Positions 58,601 through 64,000 of a stretch of 64,000 nt of DNA are shown here, piece after piece. Source of the stretch: Macrostomum lignano. Its lineage: Eukaryota. The stretch lies in assembly GCA_002269645.1 (NCBI GenBank), contig NIVC01000168.1:537297-601296 (forward strand). Direction: 5' to 3'. The notes beneath the pieces are model-generated. The model ran no database searches. It saw nothing but the letters and a program-made list of their open reading frames with translations, and was not told the DNA's origin. Each line of letters begins with the position of its first letter. The first letter of the stretch is position 1. Both the position numbers and the translations under genes were made by a program.

Positions 58601-59488
58601 GATGCCAAAGCGCCATTTTTGATGCCAGGGCGCCATTTTTGATGCCAGAATGCCATTTTTGATGCCAGGGCGCCATTTTTGATGCCAGGGCGCCATTTTT
58701 GATGCCAGGGCGCCATTTTTGATGCCAGGGCGCCATTTTTGATGCCAGGGCGCCATTTTTGATGCTAGGGTGCCATTTTTGATGCCAGGTGCGCTGTTTA
58801 AAGTGGCTGCCCTTTAGAAAGCAACTTCGGGAGCCACTTTGGTGTTTATGGGACACGGGGAATTTCGATTCAAGGCTTGGGCGCCATTGAACAACATCAA
58901 CTTTCGCCACGCTATAAACCACCTGAATATTTCTAACTGGCTTTCCGCAGCGGTGACGTCATCCTGTACCTGAACCCCAACAAGTTGGTGTCCCAGTACG
59001 AGCTGCACCTGCAGGCCAAGAATGTGTACTCAATTTTGCCCGAGGCCTCCAAAAAGCCACCGGGCGGTCTGCTGCACCGTCACGTGACCACGCCGCGGCC
59101 GCAGGACAGTAACGGCTTCGGCTCGCCGACTCTGCCGCTGTCGATGCAGCCGATGAGCGGCAGCACGAAGGTGATCTGGAGCTGCGTCAGCAAGAACGGC
59201 ATGCTGGGCGACTTCGAGGTGCTCGCCCAGCTGCCCAGCCGCATGACAACGGCCGTGGCGCAGACGGAGACGGTGCTGTTCCGCATGAACCTGCCCGAGT
59301 TCCGCCGCCTGGTGATCAAGGAGGGCCGCGAGACCGACAAGGAGGCGCGCAGCCTGGCGAAAACGGCGCTGCGCTACCGCAACGGCAAGCGCCGGGAGAA
59401 GCTGGACGCGCGCGGTCAGACGGAGAGCGAAGTGAGCTTTGTTGACTACCTGATCCGGGCCATCGACCAGCTGGCCATGCCAACCTGA
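55626..59488 (+). CDS. Cyclic-nucleotide-binding domain protein (two CNB domains, CNBD2-like), 413 aa, exons 55626-55791, 57463-57687, 58089-58401, 58951-59488
   Basis: GT-AG junctions, all phase-consistent (1,1,2). Motifs ILIKQGNTGDFMYIILSGECEV, GSVIGEVALVKNVTRTANV, IIVRQGDKIEDIYFIVSGDV, GMLGDFEVLAQLPSRMTTAVA. Confidence 0.92.
55866..55936 (+). other. tRNA-like fragment (possible degenerate SINE head) in CNBD intron 1
   Basis: TAGGGTTCAGCGG (A-box-like), GGTC..GACC stem, GGTTCGACC (B-box-like); no complete cloverleaf. Confidence 0.3.
56075..56315. repeat. 42-bp minisatellite (GGCAGGGGTTGCTGGTCTGATAAGGGTGTGTACATTGTGGGC), about 6 copies
   Basis: Direct reading. Confidence 0.9.
57083..57380. 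repeat. 22-bp minisatellite (GAGGGCAGATTCAGAGTCGATT)
   Basis: Period 22 (57084 to 57106). Confidence 0.9.
58492..58790. repeat. 20-bp minisatellite (GCCATTTTTGATGCCAGGGC)
   Basis: Direct reading. Confidence 0.92.
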
Positions 59489-60054
59489 CATGTTCAATGC
59501 AGATTTTTCCTGGATTCATTTCCCCCTGATCTTCTGAGCGAACTTTCTATTTTTAGATCGTACTTCGTACTTTGTGCCCTCGCTAGTTTCCATTAATCCC
59601 AGCCTTTCCTTTTCTGTTCACTGGTCGGCCCTCCAGGATGCTTCGCTACAAAGCAATCATTAAAACTTTTCCAGGTTCAATTTGACTGCTCCGGCTTTAT
59701 TTGCCGTCAAATTTATTTGTTTTAGCCAGCAGTCTTTTAGCTTTTTGAAACTGTGCCCCATGCAGTTTGCCAATGCATGAATTGAAAAGAACTATTTACA
59801 GGTAGATTATTCACTTTACCAATCAATTTAACTTTGTACTTTTACATGTCGTGGATGCACTTACAACCAGTAGTATGTTGCAGGAGCAATGAATCACTAT
59901 GTATAGATACCGAAGTACTATAAAAATTTGAAGCTTTGATGCGAAAATTATCTTCTTCTTTGAAATTAATTTTCTTACTAGACTCGGTTTTTACTCTATT
60001 CAAGTTGGTCTACATTGACATCGGCTCTTCTATTCAGAAGTTGCAGGACAATTG

Positions 60055-60340
60055 GCTAATTACAGCACAATCTGCACTAATTACAGCACAATCGGCACGA
60101 ATTACAGCACAATCTGCACAAATTACAGCACAATCGGCACTAATTACAGCACATTCTGCACTAATTACAGTACAATCGGCACTAATTACAGTACAATCTG
60201 CACTAATTATAGCACAATCTGCACTAATTACAGCACAATCGGCACTAATTACAGCACATTCTGCACTAATTACAGCACAATCTGCACTAATTACAGCACA
60301 ATCTGCACTAATTACAGCACAATCGGCACTAATTACACAG
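60055..60340. repeat. 21-bp minisatellite (CTAATTACAGCACAATCTGCA)
   Basis: Direct reading. Confidence 0.9.
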
Positions 60341-60827
60341 AAAATAGGACTGGGCTTCGTAAATAATTAATAACTAATTAGTAGGCAGCTCTGCACGATA
60401 AGAGATTAAGCGAAGCTGCCGCACTCTGTTTTGAGTAAACCTGACCCCACCGAGCTCAACTTGGCTACCGAAAGAAAATGAAATAAATCTTCTGTCATGA
60501 ATAAAAGCCGAACTTGAAGCTGGAATCTCTTTGAACTTACCCAATTTAAGCTGCAGCACCTAGCCAAAAGAGGCCATTGTCTGGCTGACTTCGCACAAAT
60601 TCAAAAACATTGCTGAGGCAAAAACCGCTGTAGCTTCATTTAGCAGCGGCTTCGTCAGGGTTGGCCTGTTTATATGGCTTACTTAGAATGAATGGTTTTG
60701 ACAAAAATATTCTACTTGGAGTTTTGCTTTCGTGAAGTGACAGACATTGACTGCCCTGAATATAGTACTGTCTCAGTAGGCTCGCACGGAGCGTGAACTG
60801 ACATTGTTTAGGCACCAAAATTAATTT

Positions 60828-63000
60828 GAATCAAAATGAGAGTCACTAACTCAAAATGAGTGTCAGTGAATCAAAATGAGTGTCAGTAAATCAAAATGAG
60901 TGTCAGTGAATCAAAATGAGTATCAGTGAATCAAAATGAGAGTTACTAAATCAAAGTGAGTGTCACTGAATCAAAATGAGTGTCAGTGAATCGAAATGAG
61001 TGTCTGTGAATCAAAATGAGTGTCAGTGAATCAAAATGAGTGTCAGTGAATCAAACTGAGTGACAGTGAATCAAAATGAGTGTCAGTAAATCAAAATGAG
61101 TGTCAGTGAATCAAAATGAGTGTCAGTAAATCAAAATGAGTGTCAGTGAATCAAAATGAGTATCAGTGAATCAAAATGAGAGTTACTAAATCAAAGTGAG
61201 TGTCACTGAATCAAAATGAGTGTCAGTGAATCGAAATGAGTGTCTGTGAATCAAAATGAGTGTCAGTGAATCAAAATGAGTGTCAGTGAATCAAAATGAG
61301 TGTCAGTGAATCAAAATGAGTGTCAGTGAATCGAAATGAGTGTCTGTGAATCAAAATGAGTGTCAGTGAATCAAAATGAGTGTCACTGAATCAAAATGAG
61401 TGTCAGTGAATCGAAATGAGTGTCTGTGAATCAAAATGAGTGTCAGTGAATCAAAATGAGTGTCAGTGAATCAAACTGAGTGACAGTGAATCAAAATGAG
61501 TGTCAGTAAATCAAACTAAGTGTCAGTGAATCAAAATGAGTGTCAGTGAATCAAAATGAGTGTCAGTGAATCAAACTGAGTGACAGTGAATAAAAATGAG
61601 TGTCAGTAAATCAAAATGAGTGTCAGTGAATCAAAATGAGTGACAGTGAATCAAACTGAGTGACAGTGAATCAAAATGAGTGTCAGTGAATCAAAATGAG
61701 TGTCAGTGAATCAAAATGAGTGTCAGTAAATCAAAATGAGTGTCAGTGAATCAATATGAGTGTCAGTGAATCAAAATGAGTGTCAGTGAATCAAAATGAG
61801 TGTCACTGAATCAAAATGAGTGTCCGTGAATCAAAATGAGCGGCAGTGAATCAAAATGAGTGTCAGTGAATCAAAATGTGTATCAGTGAATCAAAATGAG
61901 TGTCAGTGAATCAAAATGAGTGACAGTGAATCAAAATGAGTGACAGTGAATCAAAATGAGTGTCAGTGAATCAAAATGAGCGACAGTGAATCAAAATGAG
62001 TGTCAATGAATCAAAATGAGTGTCAGTGAATCAAAATGAGTGACAGTGAATCAAAATGAGTGACAGTGAATCAAAATGAGTGTCAGTGAATCAAAATGAG
62101 CGACAGTGAATCAAAATGAGTGTCAATGAATCAAAATGAGTGACAGTGAATCAAACTGAGTGACAGTGAATAAAAATGAACGACAGTAAATCAAAATGAG
62201 TGACAGTGAATCAAACTGAGTGACAGTGAATCAAACTGAGCGACAGTGAATCAAAATGAGTGGCAGTGAATCAAAATGAGTGTCAGTGAATCAAAATGAG
62301 TGTCACTGAATAAAAATGAGTGTCAGTGAATCAAAATGAGCGGCAGTGAATCAAAATGAGTGTCAGTGAATCAAAATGTGTATCAGTGAATCAAAATGAG
62401 TGTCAGTGAATCAAAATGAGTGTCTGTGAATCAAAATGAGTGTCAGTGAATCAAAATGAGTGACAGTGAATCAAAATGAGTGACAGTGAATCAAAATGAG
62501 TGACAGTGAATCAAACTGAGTGACAGTAAATCAAAATGAGTGACAGTAAATCAAACTGAGTGACAGTGAATAAAAATGAGCGACAGTAAATCAAAATGAG
62601 TGACAGTGAATCAAACTGAGTGACAGTGAATCAAAATGAGTGTCTGTGAATCAAAATGAGTGTCAGTGAATCAAACTGAGTGACAGTGAATCAAAATGAG
62701 TGTCTGTGAATCAAAATGAGTGTCAGTGAATCAAAATGAGCGACAGTGAACCAAATGAGCGACAGTGAATCAAAATGAGTGTCAGTGAATCAAAATGAGT
62801 GTCTGTGAATCAAAATGAGTGTCAGTGAATCAAAATGAGCGACAGTGAACCAAATGAGCGACAGTGAATCAAAATGAGTGTCAGTGAATCAAAATGAGTG
62901 TCTGTGAATCAAAATGAGTGTCAGTGAATCAAAATGAGCGACAGTGAATCAAACTGAGCGACAGTGAATCAAAATGAGTGTCAGTGAATCAAAATGAGTA
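60828..63000. repeat. 20-bp satellite (GAATCAAAATGAGTGTCAGT), about 108 copies
   Basis: Direct reading. Confidence 0.96.
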
Positions 63001-63274
63001 CCAGAGGGGTGCAAAATGAGGGAGAATGCGAGGCGCAGAACTTGCACTGAAAATCCATTTTTTCACGCTTCAATCTCGCTTAAAATCAAGCAGCCATTGT
63101 GCATTCGCGGCTTCTGTAGCCTGGGGACCAGCTCAGCCAGGGACACGAAGTTGAAAGTTTTGTAGCTTTAGCCGTTCATCATCAAGTGACCATTCAAAAT
63201 TAGCTCGTGAAAAGTCTCAGAAAAATTGCAAAGCGAATGTTTGCAATCGAAAATCGACAACACTCGAAAGCGCA

Positions 63275-63838
63275 TCAATGCACATCAGTTTGATTAAAGA
63301 ACTGCTGCAACTCGGACTCGCTCAGCGAAGTGGCGGCGTGAGCAAACGCCTTGACGCAGCCCTTGAAGGATTCGTTCTTGACGATGAGCCAGTGGTGACC
63401 GAGGAAATGCCACAGAGTCTCATCTGCAGCCTCAATGTTACTGTTGACAGGCCTCTCTTCGATCAGGCCAGAGGGCCGGTCATTGAATGACAGCTTCAGC
63501 GAATCCGTCTCGGCGAGTGCGGCGACATCCACCCAGGACTCGTTGCCAGGGAGCGTCTCGCTGACCGTCTGGATGAAATATTGAGGCTGGGTCAGGCGAA
63601 GGGAAAACTCCGGTCACATTGCCTCGATGTGCTCTCACAGTTAGGCCAAGATTGTCCTATTGTTGATGCGCAGGACCTCAATTCGTGGTTGCAGCTGCGA
63701 TAGCGACTCTTGCTTCAAGCGCAGCAGCCAGGCGAACGGAGCCTTCAGACTGAACGGGCTGTCGAGAGTCACCTCCATCCTCATGAAGAGCCCCAGCTAG
63801 TCAAACTCGGTTTTATCTGCCCTAATGCCGAGCAGTCT
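63275..63838 (-). pseudogene. Coding-like frame of unknown family interrupted by four in-frame stops
   Basis: About 188 codons with GC3-rich, gene-like codons. Stops at 63797-99 (TAG), 63641-43 (TAA), 63635-37 (TGA) and 63614-16 (TGA). Confidence 0.4.
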
Positions 63839-64000
63839 TTGTCGAGTCCAGCAGGCTCACATGGTTCTCAAACTGTCTGGTTTGCTGGCTGGCAACTCAG
63901 ACGCCCTGGAATTCGGAGTTGAGTATCTGCAGATCCGCTGGAGTGACAGCAAAATGTGACGCATCTGTTGAGCGACGGAGCAGGTCAAGGAGCAGCAATT

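Overview
Eukaryotic (metazoan) genomic DNA made of GC-rich exons in a background dense with micro- and minisatellites. This resembles a free-living flatworm such as Macrostomum, but that taxon is inferred, not verified. Four protein-coding genes can be rebuilt by hand with phase-consistent splice sites. (1) The 5' part of an SLC6 Na+/Cl- dependent transporter (- strand, runs off the left edge, absent from the ORF track). (2) A single-CDS-exon DEG/ENaC channel with non-canonical pore residues (-). (3) A 9-exon, 7-EC delta1-like protocadherin spanning about 25.0-48.6 kb (-), with a PDZ-type C-terminus (-ASYV*), one probable GC-AG intron and a 1-nt frameshift in a G-run. (4) A 4-exon protein with two cyclic-nucleotide-binding domains (+). 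Mobile DNA comprises a decayed 5'-truncated RT-RNaseH non-LTR element (LOA/R1-like), a Crypton-like tyrosine recombinase relic, a tRNA-derived SINE family with TSDs, and Harbinger-like MITEs. About 30 tandem arrays account for most long low-complexity ORFs in the track, which are artefacts. The most intriguing structure is two pairs of mutually complementary (inverted) simple-repeat arrays bracketing the protocadherin cytoplasmic-tail exons. These could form long pre-mRNA duplexes affecting exon skipping, circularisation or editing. No prokaryotic systems or CRISPR arrays were found.
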